Source of the DNA: Octopus vulgaris
Taxonomy: Eukaryota
Assembly: GCA_951406725.2 (NCBI GenBank)
Contig: OX597815.1
Location: 145,390,001-145,454,000 of the forward strand
Length of the DNA stretch: 64,000 nt
Reading direction: 5' to 3'
The notes under the pieces were generated by a model. That model searched no databases, was not told the DNA's origin, and was given only the letters and a program-made list of their open reading frames with translations. The position numbers and the translations under genes are program-made. This document shows, piece after piece, positions 51,270 to 64,000 of the stretch (within the stretch, counting starts at the first letter, position 1; each line of letters starts with the position of its first letter).

Positions 51270-51301
51270 TAATAGTATTAATAATAATAATAATGATGAT
51301 G

Positions 51302-51375
<74 letters not shown>
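51082..51375. repeat. (AAT/GAT/AAC)n trinucleotide repeat
   Basis: Directly visible. Confidence 0.97.
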
Positions 51376-51379
51376 TCTT

Positions 51380-53955
51380 TACCCTATAGGCACAAGTCCT
51401 GAAAAGTTTTTGAGGAGGTCGTTAATCGATTACATTAGCCCCAGTGGTGCTTAATTTATTGACCTCAAATGGATGACAGACAAAGCATTTGAACTTAGGA
51501 TACACAGTGACGGAAAAAATGCCGCTAACGGTTTTGTCCAGTGCGCTAACGATTCTACCAGCTTTCTGCCTTAAGAATAATTTCAAATTTTGGCACAAGG
51601 CCAGCAATTTTATGAGAGGAGCATGTCGATTATATCGATCCCAGTTATGTTATCCTACTTATGTTATCAACTCCGACAGGAGGCAAGGCAAAGTCGACCT
51701 CGGCGGAATTTGAACTCAGATCGTAAAGACAGACGGAATGCCGCTAAGCCTTTCATCCAGCTTGCTAGCGATTCTGCCAGCTCACTGCCTTATTTCAACT
51801 AACTATTAAGAACTAAGATTTTCGTCTTAACTTAAAAAGGTAAACCAGAACAGTCCTAATTAAAAACACAGTTCATTAGCTCTAGATCAGTTCTGCTTGA
51901 TCAAAACTAACCTAGGGCTAAACGATAAGAGCAACAACAGTTTCCTTATAATTTGATCTTGTAATCCACCCCCATATTTTACATCCCGAATTCCAAATGC
52001 AGTTAAGGCTTAAATAGCAACTCATAAACCCTATCATGAATAAACTATGATATACGAATCCAAAGATCAGGTCGTCAGCGAGACATTGAATACAAATAAA
52101 TGATTCTTTGTAATTTAGACTTCATGGAAATGCCAGCAATTTCAAGAAGAAATAAGTTGTTTATCGATGATTCTAGTACTCGAATGATACTTTATTACAT
52201 CAACCTTGGAAAAATAAAAGGTAAAGTTGATTTCGTTGGGATTTGAACTCTGCATGTAAAGAAGCGGAATGAATGTCACAAACTATTTTCTCCACGGTTC
52301 TAACCATTCTGCTGATTTGAAACCGATTTAGGAAAAAGGCGGCGAGTTGGCAGAAACGTTAGCACACCGGGCGTATTTCGTCTGCCGCTACGTTCTGAGT
52401 TCAAATTCCGCCGAGGTTGACTTTGCCTTTCATCCTTTCGGGGTTGATTGAATAGGTACCAGTTACGCACTGGGGTCAATGTAATCGTCCTAACCCGTTT
52501 GTCTGTCCTTGTTTGTCCCCTCTGTGTGTAGCCCCTTGTGGGCAATAAAGAAATAAGAATAGTTAGCACGCCGGACAAAATGCTAAGTGTTATTTCTTCC
52601 GACACTTTACATTCTGTGTTCAAATACCAACAAGGCCTTTAACACTTCGGGGTCGGTGAAATAAAGCACCAGTCAAGTACCGGAGTCAATGCAATCGACT
52701 TGTTTCCTTCCTCAAAAATTGCTACACTTGAACCCTGCAACGAGATGGTTTCCTGTTCAGGGTAACGTTGTGATATCAGTCATTTTTACCGGATGGAAAC
52801 AAGATTACTGACCTCATGAGTCTTAGTGCTCAAGAAACAAAAGAAAAAGAAATAAGAACAAGGTCTGCGATTTTGAAGAAAGAGTTAGTCGTGACACTCG
52901 AACCTGGTATTTAGCTGGGTATTTTATTTAATCGCTCGAAAGGATAAATGGCAGGGTTGACCTCTGTAGAATTTGCACTCAATACGTGAAGAGTCGGAAA
53001 AAAATAATACCGCTGATGGTCCACTACCCTCAAGATACTAATACTAATAGTACTGGATATCCGTCAGTTTCCACGATGATTATTTAGTTGTTCTATCAAT
53101 CAAACCGCCTAGTTCTAAATTCATCTTGTAAATGGCCGAACATAAAACAGTCACGTAAATCTTTGATGCAGTTCTCAGATGTACTCAACGTGACACGGTG
53201 TGAATTACTGGTATAATTACTCTGACAGTCGTCCGCGCAGTTTTCGGTGACACGCGTTCACTCATAAGGCCTGGGTCGACCTAATGCCGAAGGAAAAAAA
53301 GACACTTGTCCAAGATGCTCTGTTGCGGAGTCGAACCTCGGATCTAGCGATTGCGAAGCGAACTTCTTAACCATTCTGCAATGCTGTAAGCTATTTTAGC
53401 CAGGCAGCACCCCAATATTTCAACCACCGAACCTCCTTCTCTGTTCAAATACTACTTGGTATTTGGTTGTTGCTAATCTGTTTACAAAACCCTCTTCTAA
53501 TTTAATACCAATGTTATTTCAACTAATTTCCTGAGATAATGAAATCATTAATAAAAAATAATTGCGAAAACTATTGATTGGGATCTCGGTGATTACAAAC
53601 TGATGTAAGTTAATGGAAGATATAAATTCTAAATTTGAAACTCATTCCACAAATGAAAAGCTGGTTTATTACCATCATCTTGGATAGACTAGTTTATGAC
53701 TGTCACCAAAGACTTGTTTTCTTTACAGGCTCAACTAAAATCATTTCAAACTAAACACGACGCCAGCAAGTTCGGGGAAGGTGTTAAGTTGATTATATTG
53801 ATCCTATTGCTGAACTGGTACTTATTTTATCGAACACGAAAGGATGAAAAGAAAAGTCAAGTACGACGGAATTTGAACTTTGAACGTAAAGACGGACGAA
53901 ATGCCGTTAAGCATTTTGCCCGGCGCGCTGACGATTCTGCCAGCTCACCGCCTTA
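51380..53955. mobile_element. Dense cluster of SINE family B copies (minus 51380-51572, 51590-51792, 52130-52300, 52858-53000, 53755-53953; plus 52337-52560, 52560-52730)
   Basis: Family B diagnostic motifs on both strands. Confidence 0.78.
53459..53627 (+). repeat. ~165-bp near-identical duplicate of 56894-57059
   Basis: tatttggttgttgctaatctgtttacaaaaccctc...aactgatgtaagttaatg.aagatataaa. Confidence 0.9.
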
Positions 53956-55599
53956 TTTCAACTAAATGTTAAGAACTATGATTTTCATCTTAACTTATAA
54001 AAGGTAAACCAGAATTGTGTTAACCCATTAACTGCCAAATTGTTTTATTCATATTTTTTTGATTTGCCAGGTGTCTTAGAAGTTAGAATTGTTTGTTGTT
54101 TGTTCCTTCTCGAGCCACGCCTGGTTTATAAGTGCCGGTTTCTCGGTTTCCTTGGCGTATAGGTTTCCCACCTGGACGGGACGCCGGTCCCTCGCAGATG
54201 AGCTGCAAGAGGAAAGAGTGAGAGAAAGTTGTGGCGAAAGAGTCAGCAAAAGTTCGCTGTAAATTTTCTATGTGACTTGTTTTGGAAATTACGATAATTT
54301 TTTTCGAAAAGTCCCAAATGGGGATCACTGAAAAAATGCATATTTATCCCTTTCTATTTAATTGCAATAATAAACATTTTAGTTTTTTTTTGAAACTATA
54401 GTATGAAATGCGAAAGCATATAAAATATCAATGAATGATATAGACAGGAAATGCAAAAAAAAACAAACCTTTTCAAAACTGTCAAATTTTTGTAGTTCAA
54501 AAATTGCAATTTATGACATAAAATGTCCTCTAGAATTAACCAGAATTAATAATGACAAACTTTAACTACTAAATATTGTTAAACACACCTCTGCATACAC
54601 AATGTACAGAAGCAATTCACTTTAAATGCAACGAACAACCGGCAGTGAGACTGATTTTAGCATGGCAGGCGACGGGTTAATTGAAAACGCATTTCATTAA
54701 TAGATTTAATCTTAATATATTTAATCAGTTCTCAATTTGTATCTTAGTGAATGCGGGTGATCCAGTGGTCATGGCATCGCAAGATCGTGGTTTCAATTCC
54801 CGGAACAAGCGGTGTGTTGTGCTCTCGAGGCAAAACACATTTCAATTCACGTTTCTTCAGCCCGTTCAGCCCTAAGTGAAAATCCCTGCGACAGACTGGC
54901 CCCTGTTTAGGGGGGATGTCGTGATCTTGGTCACTTATATGCACCATAGAAACTGGGTAACCGGCCTTGTGCGTCCAAGGAATCAAGACAATAATTCAAA
55001 GGGGCTGAAGCTGCTGCTGCTACTACTGCTGCTGCTGATACTGCTGCCGCGGATGATGAAGAATTTGTGTCAAAAGGGCATTATGTTAATTCACAAAGAA
55101 TTGACTAATTTTAGGCTTTTTAAAGAAGCATTTACGACTTTTATGATCCTGGTAAAGTTAGATCGATGAAATTGAGGCTTCATCTGAACTTCCTTACGTG
55201 CGCAAGGTGCATCTCTCGGGAAAGTCGAGGTGCATTAATAGTGATGTGTGATGGGGGGGTCATCGGGTGTTTTGATCTTTCAACATTAGGCATCCTCGCC
55301 TAGGTCGGTTAGCTCCAGTCAGGGTTAATCAGACCCTGAATTGCATCACAGCAGCAACAGTACGTGGATCAGCTCCCAAGCCAAAATTCCACCTAATGCT
55401 TTTTCTCTGCAGCTTCATTTACAGACTAAATGACCTTCTTTTTTGCACCCTTGCAAAGTCCAATCGGTTAAGGACCGTGCAAACAGATCGTCTCGTAAAG
55501 CTCACTTTTATCGATTCATATGTTTATTTTTGATTCCAATGTATATGAGAGAAAAAAAAAGGTAGGTAATATTCGTGAAGAATGTCTTTGACGGTTTTG

Positions 55600-56560
55600 A
55601 AATGAAAAGGGATTAGTTGAGGGTATGAGCGACGATAACCTAGGATTGACGTTGAGCACCGACGAGAAGAGCCGGAGTGTTTTCTTCCGGAGGACATTCA
55701 GCTCGAAGACCATGGACAATTTCCAGAGGTCTTTGGGATGGTAGTGCTACAGGGGATCATTGCCCTTTCGAAACTAGATCTTCAAGTATAGAAGCGCCAA
55801 CAGCCAAACCTGCTCGAGATGCATGCAGGCGGACGAATCCATCCTGCACGTAATTGTTTGGTGTCTGTGCATTAGCGACTTGTGGGTTTCTGTCGAGATG
55901 CAGCTGTCTTGTATTAGACGAATCAAGCTTTCCGCCGAATGTATAGTGAAGATGATCATTGCATCATCTTCCTTTGGAAGAGAAAGGATGATAGATTTCT
56001 GCTTAATGGCTGTGACAAAAAAAAAAGACTTTGGCGAACCCATCTGAAAGGGTTGAGGACAGGCACTTTCCTACCAGGTCAAGCTCTCATTAAATTTCTT
56101 CAAATATCATTTGCAGAGGAAAGTCGGGGTCAAGAGGGAGGTGCTGCTTTCTAGTGTGTTTATCGGAAAGTAGATGAGAGTGGCATGATTGGTGTGACTG
56201 AACGGATCTACTCTGAGTATGCTTTCTTAAGTAGGAGGAAAGAATCTGGAAGAGGGCACTTCCCAAGTCTTGGAGAAAGGAAAGTAATCTGAGATATTGT
56301 GTTTGGATTTTCCTTGAATTACCCTCAGTGAACTTCCTCACCATTGAGAGGCGGGGGTCTGTTAATTAATTAATTATTTATTTATTTTGTTATGGTTTTT
56401 ATATTCTTTTGCTATATTCTTATCGTTGCAGTATCTCCTCTTGATCGATGTAAGCCTCAACGGTCTGTGCGTTGTACCTTGTCCTTTGATTATTGCCCCT
56501 CCATGTCTTTGGGCTCCTGTGGTTAATAAAAGAAATCATCATCATTATCATCATCATCAT
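55600..56560 (+). mobile_element. L1/Tx1-like LINE 3' remnant
   Basis: FQRSLGW*CYRGSLP...QTCSRCMQADESILHVIVWC (Cx2Cx8Hx4C knuckle)...ISDLW..VE...LWRTHLK. Ends aataaa + (CAT)n. May extend upstream to ~55130. Confidence 0.65.
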
Positions 56561-57088
56561 TGTAAACTTTTATACTTCGACTATCTGAAACGAAACAAAA
56601 GCGAATGCTAACTTCACAGAAACACAAACGACAATATACAGTCATCGACAAGCTTCTTCTTTTCCTTCTTCCTTTTCATCACTCCCCCCCTCCTCCCCCC
56701 TTCGTCTTCTTCTTCTTCTTCTTCTTCTTCTTCTTCTTCTTCTTCTTCTATCCCTCATCTTTCTCCGCCTTCACCCCTTCTCCCACAACATCTCCTCCTC
56801 AATATAACAGACAACGTTGTACACACATCGCTGACCAATAGATATCACAACATTTAGTGAGAAAGCTCTTAAGCGTTTCTCCCTTCAAATAATATTTGGT
56901 TGTTGCTAATCTGTTTACAAAACCCTCTTCTAATTTAATACCAATGTTATTTCAACTAATTTCCTGAGATAATGAAATCATTAAATAGTAATAATTACGA
57001 AAACTATTGATTAGGATCTCGGTGATTACAAACTGATGTAAGTTAATGAAAGATATAAAAATCTGCTGACATCTCTCTCTTTCTCTTC

Positions 57089-57185
<97 letters not shown>

Positions 57186-57558
57186 GCTTGCTAGCTACCT
57201 ATCTATCTATGTACTTGTCCATCTGTATGTATGTGTGTTATGGGTTAGCATGGGTTAGCACATAATGGTAGGCAGTTCTGCAAGAAATTGCAGAACAACC
57301 TACACAGATTACTTGTTTATATGTGCGGCGTATTAACTCAATCCCTGCATCCAATCGACGTTGCCTGAACAGGTTCACGCTGTACCACACGTGAGATATC
57401 GAAGTGATCGAAGAATAGCGTGAGATAAAGTGTTTTGTTCAAGAACACATCGCAACACCTTAACCATTAGGCAATGCGTCCTCGGGTTAACACACCCATA
57501 CATCCACATGCACACATACAGATATGTACACACATACACTACGTTTCTAACGGGATAC

Positions 57559-57652
<94 letters not shown>

Positions 57653-57871
57653 GCGAATTCCGTTAGAAACGTAGTAGAGTGCGAGACAGTATATGAGAGA
57701 CCAAAGTGTACGCACGCCGCCATATGTATATAAAAAGTATCATCTAGACAGCTAGATGATACAAAAAGGGACAACAAAACATCTAGACAGATGATACAAA
57801 TGAGAGACAAGAAAAAAACACGGACGGGTCATTCGAAGTTTTCTTTCCTCAGTCGAGTTCCAGATTATCTT

Positions 57872-58082
57872 TGCAATTTCGGTTGGTTATACTTGAGATT
57901 GCTCCAATCTGGCCAGCCCCAAGGAAAAACTAAGCTAAGAGCATCAGATTCCTTGGAAGAAAGCGACAAATATATACAAAAATAAGGGCGGAAAAATACG
58001 GAGAAATGGTACACAAATACAAATACAATCCTTGGGGCTGGCCAGATTGGAGCACTCTCGAGCAAAACCAGCCGAAATTGCA
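57872..58082. repeat. ~54-bp imperfect inverted repeat (PLE-type fold-back)
   Basis: tgcaatttcggttgg...gctccaatctggccagccccaagga (57872-57925) versus tccttggggctggccagattggagc...cagccgaaattgca (58029-58082). Confidence 0.8.
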
Positions 58083-58189
58083 AAAATAATCTGTATGTAT
58101 ATACTTGTATATATGCACTCTTCACTTCGATTTTACTCCTTCTTTCGAGAAAACATTCTAAAGTCTCAAAAACAATATGGTAATACAAA

Positions 58190-59100
58190 ACCTCAAAAGC
58201 TTCAGAGCCAGAAAAAACCAAGAATGAAACCTAAATATATATGAAAAACATTTAAGGCCTGAAAAATTTCACTGCACTCACCACATTTACAATTACTGCT
58301 TATACCAGAATCTGGAAACAAGGCAAAATTACAATTATTGTAACTCCTATCAAAGACCCCCACCTAAAGGAATTCTATATAGACCATCACACTCTCATAT
58401 AAACATTAAATATTTTTAGTCTACAGCGGTAACAATCTTTTAATTTTTAAAATATAACAGAAAGAATACATTGAAATTGTATCTAACGTTTCGGACAGTG
58501 TCTTTTTTTCAAAGTAAACATGATACTAGGAAAATAAAAGAAAGACAGCAGCGTTTTACATTGTCTTAGTTTGAGAAACTGGTTGCATCTGTTCGAATCA
58601 TAGGATGCTCTACTCTCTACAGAAATATATTTGAATACATTATGTCTCTTTTTCCAAATAATACGCGTTAGATTCAACGTCAAAAGTCCCCCCAAATTAG
58701 CATTCTAACTATCTACGACATAAGCAAAAATTTCGACTGCACTATTTAATATCAAATCAGGCAAAAGATACTTAACATTACTTTAGGAACCATCACAAAT
58801 CATTGGGCAGCAAACTACAAGTCAATTTAAATTGTGTTTACGAGAACAACACTTCCAGAACTTGAAATGCTCCGAATGGATTACTAAATGGAACCGTTCT
58901 CTCGTCCGATTTTTGAAACTAAATTCACACAACCTTAATTTACACAACTAAATTTACAAAATACCGTCACAACAAAAAAACTACAGCAAACTTCAAAGAA
59001 CACAAAACAATGCTCTAAGAAAATCAGTGTTTGTACACAGACCATACTTCAGTCAACATTATAGTTTGTACACGGATCATACTCTCAGACCTAGACAAAA
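58190..59100 (+). mobile_element. Heavily decayed I/Jockey-group LINE RT, interrupted by a probable PLE 3' end (minus ~58440-58690)
   Basis: IWKQGKITIIVTPIKDP....FY/RP; YDISKNFD; NGLLNGTVLS; LYTD, in the order expected for RT motifs. Confidence 0.5.
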
Positions 59101-59180
59101 GAAAGATACTCGAAATAACAGACTACCAAGACATGGTGGGCCACAGTTCATGTCCCTTTGTGTAAAACTCCTCTAACCCC

Positions 59181-59229
<49 letters not shown>

Positions 59230-59554
59230 AGCTTCCTAAAAACACTATATCACTCAGTTCTGACAAACAAAGAATATATAGACACACAGAAGTTGCTGCG
59301 GCATCAAAAGTTTCATTGGACCTTAATTCTATATTACGATGCACATCAACAACAATAATTGCATACAGGTAGCAACTGTCACTGTCTGACTGAGTCCACT
59401 TTTGTCCGCCCTCATTCTGGTCAGCATAAGAATCTACTACCGAGCAGAACGAGATTGGACAGTGGTAAGAAGGTAAGATATTTAGATATCGTAAAATCAC
59501 GATTTATCACTCAGCTCATAAAACTTATATATATATACACATACATATGTGTGT

Positions 59555-59765
59555 GTATCTTTGCACTTGTTTTTGCCTCTCACCACTGCTTGACAACCGG
59601 TATTGGTCTGTTTACGTCCTCATAACTTAGTGGGTGGTTTGGCAAAAGTGATGATAGAGTAAGTATCACACTTAAATAAACACTAGGGTTAATCTGTTCG
59701 ACTAGAAGCTCTGAAAGCAATGCTCCAGCATGGCCGAAATCAAATGAGTGGAACAAGTAAAAGTA
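59555..59765 (+). mobile_element. SINE family A, 3' half, old
   Basis: gcttgacaaccgg...taacttag...tgctccagcatggcc...aacaagtaaaag. Confidence 0.75.
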
Positions 59766-60358
59766 AACGGGAAAAAGCTGTTATAAAATGATTATTGATA
59801 AACGATTAAAAAATACAAATGGTAGAAAAAAAAAACCCAAAATGTTTCTCGAAACACCCGCCGAGGTTTCGAACACTGAAATACAAAATTATCGAAACCG
59901 CGCACTCACTTACCGAACCATTAAGCTGTCCGTAACAAAAATACATTTAACTTCAAGACTAACAAGTTTTTCAGGAATCTCAAGTTATTATCTACTTCAA
60001 AAAGACTAAAACCATCTCCAAGCTTTTTAAGACTTGCATTGAAACGAAGCCGGCATAAAGTACGGAACCAAAGCAACAGCACATTACCTTCTCCAAACTG
60101 TTTACAACACTATCGCATGTCTTTGTGAAGTAGCAGGGACTAACACATGCACGGAACTTAGTAATGCTTTTACTATTTGATTGCTTACATCTAAACATGA
60201 TAGCTTGTCTATCTCCGAACCAACTTGCATAGTAACAACTCAGAATTTACATTATTATCAAAGCATGGCACACCCGACTTGGTTTTAAAAGCTAAGTGGT
60301 GAGATTAAGATGTAAGAGTCAAGATGAATAAGATGAATAGTAAATGCATCACTTGATA

Positions 60359-60970
<612 letters not shown>

Positions 60971-61347
60971 TATAGTGTAGACTATATACATGTTAGGGAA
61001 TATTTGATAGTGTCTACACATCTTTGAAAGTTGTCATCAAACAATATTCAGTGAGGGAAATAAATAAAATGCAAAACATACATTTATTGTGAGAGGACAT
61101 CCCTATTACTGGCTGCCATTTCAAAACATTTCGAATATATATGGATGCGGAAATCTATCCATGTAATGGAGAAATAATTTATTTTCTCATATCTATTACC
61201 TATCGTCTGCTTTATTCAATCTTTCAAAGTAGAACTTTTCTCAAAATGAAGCGAGACATTTACTTTTTTTTTCACTTTGGAAATTAAACTTTTGTTGTTA
61301 CTCATTACGTAACTACACACACTCTTACTTTTCTTTGATATCTATCA

Positions 61348-61426
<79 letters not shown>

Positions 61427-61569
61427 GATCTTTTTATCTACCGATCCACTATGTGACATCATTGTTCACTTACCGACGCATTTGCTTACTTTTAATACAG
61501 ACGTATTAAGTACGCAGGCGAACGTGATTGACAGACGTGTCCAGTACACCAGAGTGGAGTCATATTAGA

Positions 61570-61651
<82 letters not shown>

Positions 61652-62135
61652 TTGCCTTTGCACAGCTTGTAACGCTGGAGATGTACTACAGTGTCAGCTT
61701 TTCACTACCAGTGAAGAAAGGTAACACCCCTTATTTTTCGAGCACTTTCCGGAGTATTCGAGCGGTTCCAAGCAGTGCTGTTTTCTGCAAGTGCACCACC
61801 CTTATTGCAGCCCCTATTTGTTCCATGTACTTCTCGAGATTTTTGCTCACTGTTCTCAGGGCTCCGACAATTATTGGTACTACCACCACCTTTTTCATGA
61901 ACTACAACTGCTTAACTTCCCAAGCTAACCTATCGTATCTATCGTCTTTTCTTTCCTCCTTATCGCATACCTTGTCAGCTAGGTATGCTATTTCTATGAT
62001 CCAGCACAGTTTGTTTTCTTTCTCAATTAAGAATATGTCCGGCTTCCTATTCTCTATCTCATGGTCGCACTGAATCATAAAATCTCACAGGAACTTTGCA
62101 TCATCATTTTCGATGATGCCGTTGGGTCGTACTAA
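61570..62135 (-). mobile_element. R4/Dong-like non-LTR 3' end (RLE domain, 3' UTR, (TAG)n tail)
   Basis: Minus strand: IIENDDAKFL*DFMIQCDHEIENRKPDIFLIEKENKLCWIIEIA...KEERKDDRY...VVVPIIVGAL...LQKTALLGTARILRKVL, then (agt)n. Confidence 0.88.
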
Positions 62136-62226
62136 TTTTTTTCTGTCAAGACAATACTTGTTCCAAAGTATTCTTCTTCTTCTTCTTCTCGTCCTCCTCC
62201 TACTTCTTCTTCTTCTTCTTCTTCTT

Positions 62227-62762
62227 CTAAAGGCTATCCCACTGATGAAAACTGGCCTTCAGCGAATAGTTAGAAACCATGGTCTGGGAAATAGTTGAGA
62301 AGGTAAACGTTTTTAATTTTCCCTCCTTTCGAGAATTTATCCTTTTTTTTGTGGTTTTTGAGATTTCTACTGCTCTTTCTAGCACAACGCTTTCCTATTT
62401 GGAAGCCTCTTATTGTATTTCTATATGAATGACTAATTAGTCTAATGACTAATTCGTTTTTTGTGCTAGGCCACTGGTAATAATAACTTATTATTACCCT
62501 AGTTATTATGTTTAAATATTGTTTGATAAATTTGTTCGAAATTTTTACTGGCATCCTCTCTGTCGCCGGGTATAATCTGCGTCTGCGCAGTGGTTTGAAA
62601 AGTTAGGATATACAAACCGTTAGTTCTACATATGGATCTGGCTGTCTGTATGTCTGAAATCTAAAGGCTATCCCACTGATGAAAACTGGCCTTCAGCGAA
62701 TAGTTAGAAACCATGGTCTGGGAAATAGTTGAGATGGTAAACGTTTTTGAGATTTCTACTGT
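62227..62762 (+). mobile_element. Non-coding element with two identical hammerheads 434 bp apart (retrozyme/pLTR-like)
   Basis: ctat-ccca-CTGATGA-aaact...agtta-GAAAC-catg-GTC-tggga-aatag, with cores at 62242 and 62676. Confidence 0.82.
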
Positions 62763-63209
62763 TCATATTTAGTAACTGTATACCTACTTTTTCCCACGCC
62801 TGTATATTATACGCAATATTGTATTAATATGATGCAAAAATAACTGTATACATGCGAATCCTCGGGTGACCAGAAGTCAAAGCACTGCTATATCAAATTT
62901 AGTTTCCCAATATTTCATACCTTTAGCAAAATACTATTTCTAGTATTTCTCTGACAAAGAGGAACAAGGATATGCAAAGAGACACAAATGAGAAAAGATA
63001 CGAACATATGTTGTTTTGCAAACAACATGCACAAGCAAGTGCTACCAGTGGAGAACTTCGCATACCGGAAGCCAGCAAGTGTATGGGACCATCAGGAGAG
63101 AATGCGCGCCGTTTTGGGGGCCTATCTCTCGATGGCATCATGCGTACCGAACCACGTACACTGTTATCATTTGCTAGAACAACTGGTTATTGAATATAGC
63201 TCAATACTC

Positions 63210-63780
63210 TTCTAGCCATCGCTCATCGTCTCTTTTTAACCAAACCCAGTGGTAGCCTTTTTCACTGGAGTTAGGACATCGGTTACGGTGGTATTTACTT
63301 TACGATGAGTTAGGCCTAACGATAACAACAGTCGTCTCACACTGTGTCCAACAAACCCTCTATATCCGACTTCAATTGGAAAATGCTCCGCTTTCCAACC
63401 TACGTCTTCACATTTCTCGAGGAGGTTTACGTAACGGTCAATCTTTCGAGCCCGAGCGGTATCCATGTTATTTTCATGAGGAACCGTTAACTCAACTAGA
63501 TTCACAACTTTCTTTCCTTCACACCATATTAAAATGTCTGTTTTTTTTCGTAACTGGGATGAGAAAGAGTCCCTGACTGCCTCGGTAAATCTGCAGTCAC
63601 CTCCCAATAGCCGTTCCACTTTTCATCGCTCACAGGAAGTTTGTTGTTCTTGAACCGGACCCCTTGTCCTGAGCGCACGAAGGTAATGAAACCTCTAGTT
63701 CGTACTTTCAACGGATATTTTTCACTGTTGTTGAGATCAATTTGGTTCTTTATAGCATTGAAGATAACCTTAAGGACATA
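63210..63780 (-). mobile_element. HERO-clade non-LTR 3' fragment (second family)
   Basis: FITFVRSGQ...WEVTADL...TDILIWCEGKKVVNLVELTVPHENN...KIDRY...FPIEVGYRGFV...HWVWLKRDDERWL. Confidence 0.85.
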
Positions 63781-64000
63781 TGCTTATATTAGACTTAAGA
63801 TAGTCATTCCTATCTAAACTTAAATTTGTGAGGGACTCTTTTTTTCAGTACTTGGTACTCCGTAGAATAGACATGTTGGCTTTCTTTAATCTTTCATATG
63901 AAAAACGTGGCCCAAATTTTCTCAGTCTATTACTTCACAAGACTGCTTCTCTATTTACTATATTTGTAAACTTCAAGACCTCGACATCACTCACATAATC

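Noticed and set aside
57822-57860. Hammerhead on minus (CTGAGGA-aag aaaa ctt-cGAAT)
   Set aside because: GAAA is replaced by GAAT and stems I and III are unconvincing; not counted.
63838-63920. CDK-like exon (tttttcag|..LGTP ... TWP)
   Set aside because: A stop follows LGTP immediately, the motif spacing is wrong and no other kinase exons are seen.

Overview
AT-rich, microsatellite-saturated eukaryotic DNA; the SINE families and (TA)n/(TATC)n/(CA)n load strongly suggest a coleoid cephalopod, most likely Octopus (inference from recalled repeat sequences, no search run). I can support no host protein-coding exon, and almost all listed ORFs are translated microsatellites. The window is a transposon graveyard: several tRNA-derived SINE families, decayed non-LTR retrotransposons (RTE, R4/Dong, HERO, CRE, L1/Tx1, I/Jockey-like), a Helitron helicase remnant and three Naiad-type Penelope-like (PLE) ORF remnants. 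The main unannotated signal is RNA structure. About 20 type I hammerhead-ribozyme (HHR) motifs, roughly a dozen with near-intact cores, lie in short non-coding elements inserted at (TA)n tracts. The best case is a young ~2.2-copy tandem of a ~361-bp HHR-bearing unit with a 5' inversion (23735-24533), which looks like a reverse-transcribed circular or multimeric retrozyme RNA. A second HHR-to-HHR unit of 434 bp lies at 62.2-62.76 kb. One Naiad remnant has an in-frame TGA at a conserved Cys position (possible selenocysteine, weakly supported). All folding and translation was done by eye, and repeat boundaries are approximate.
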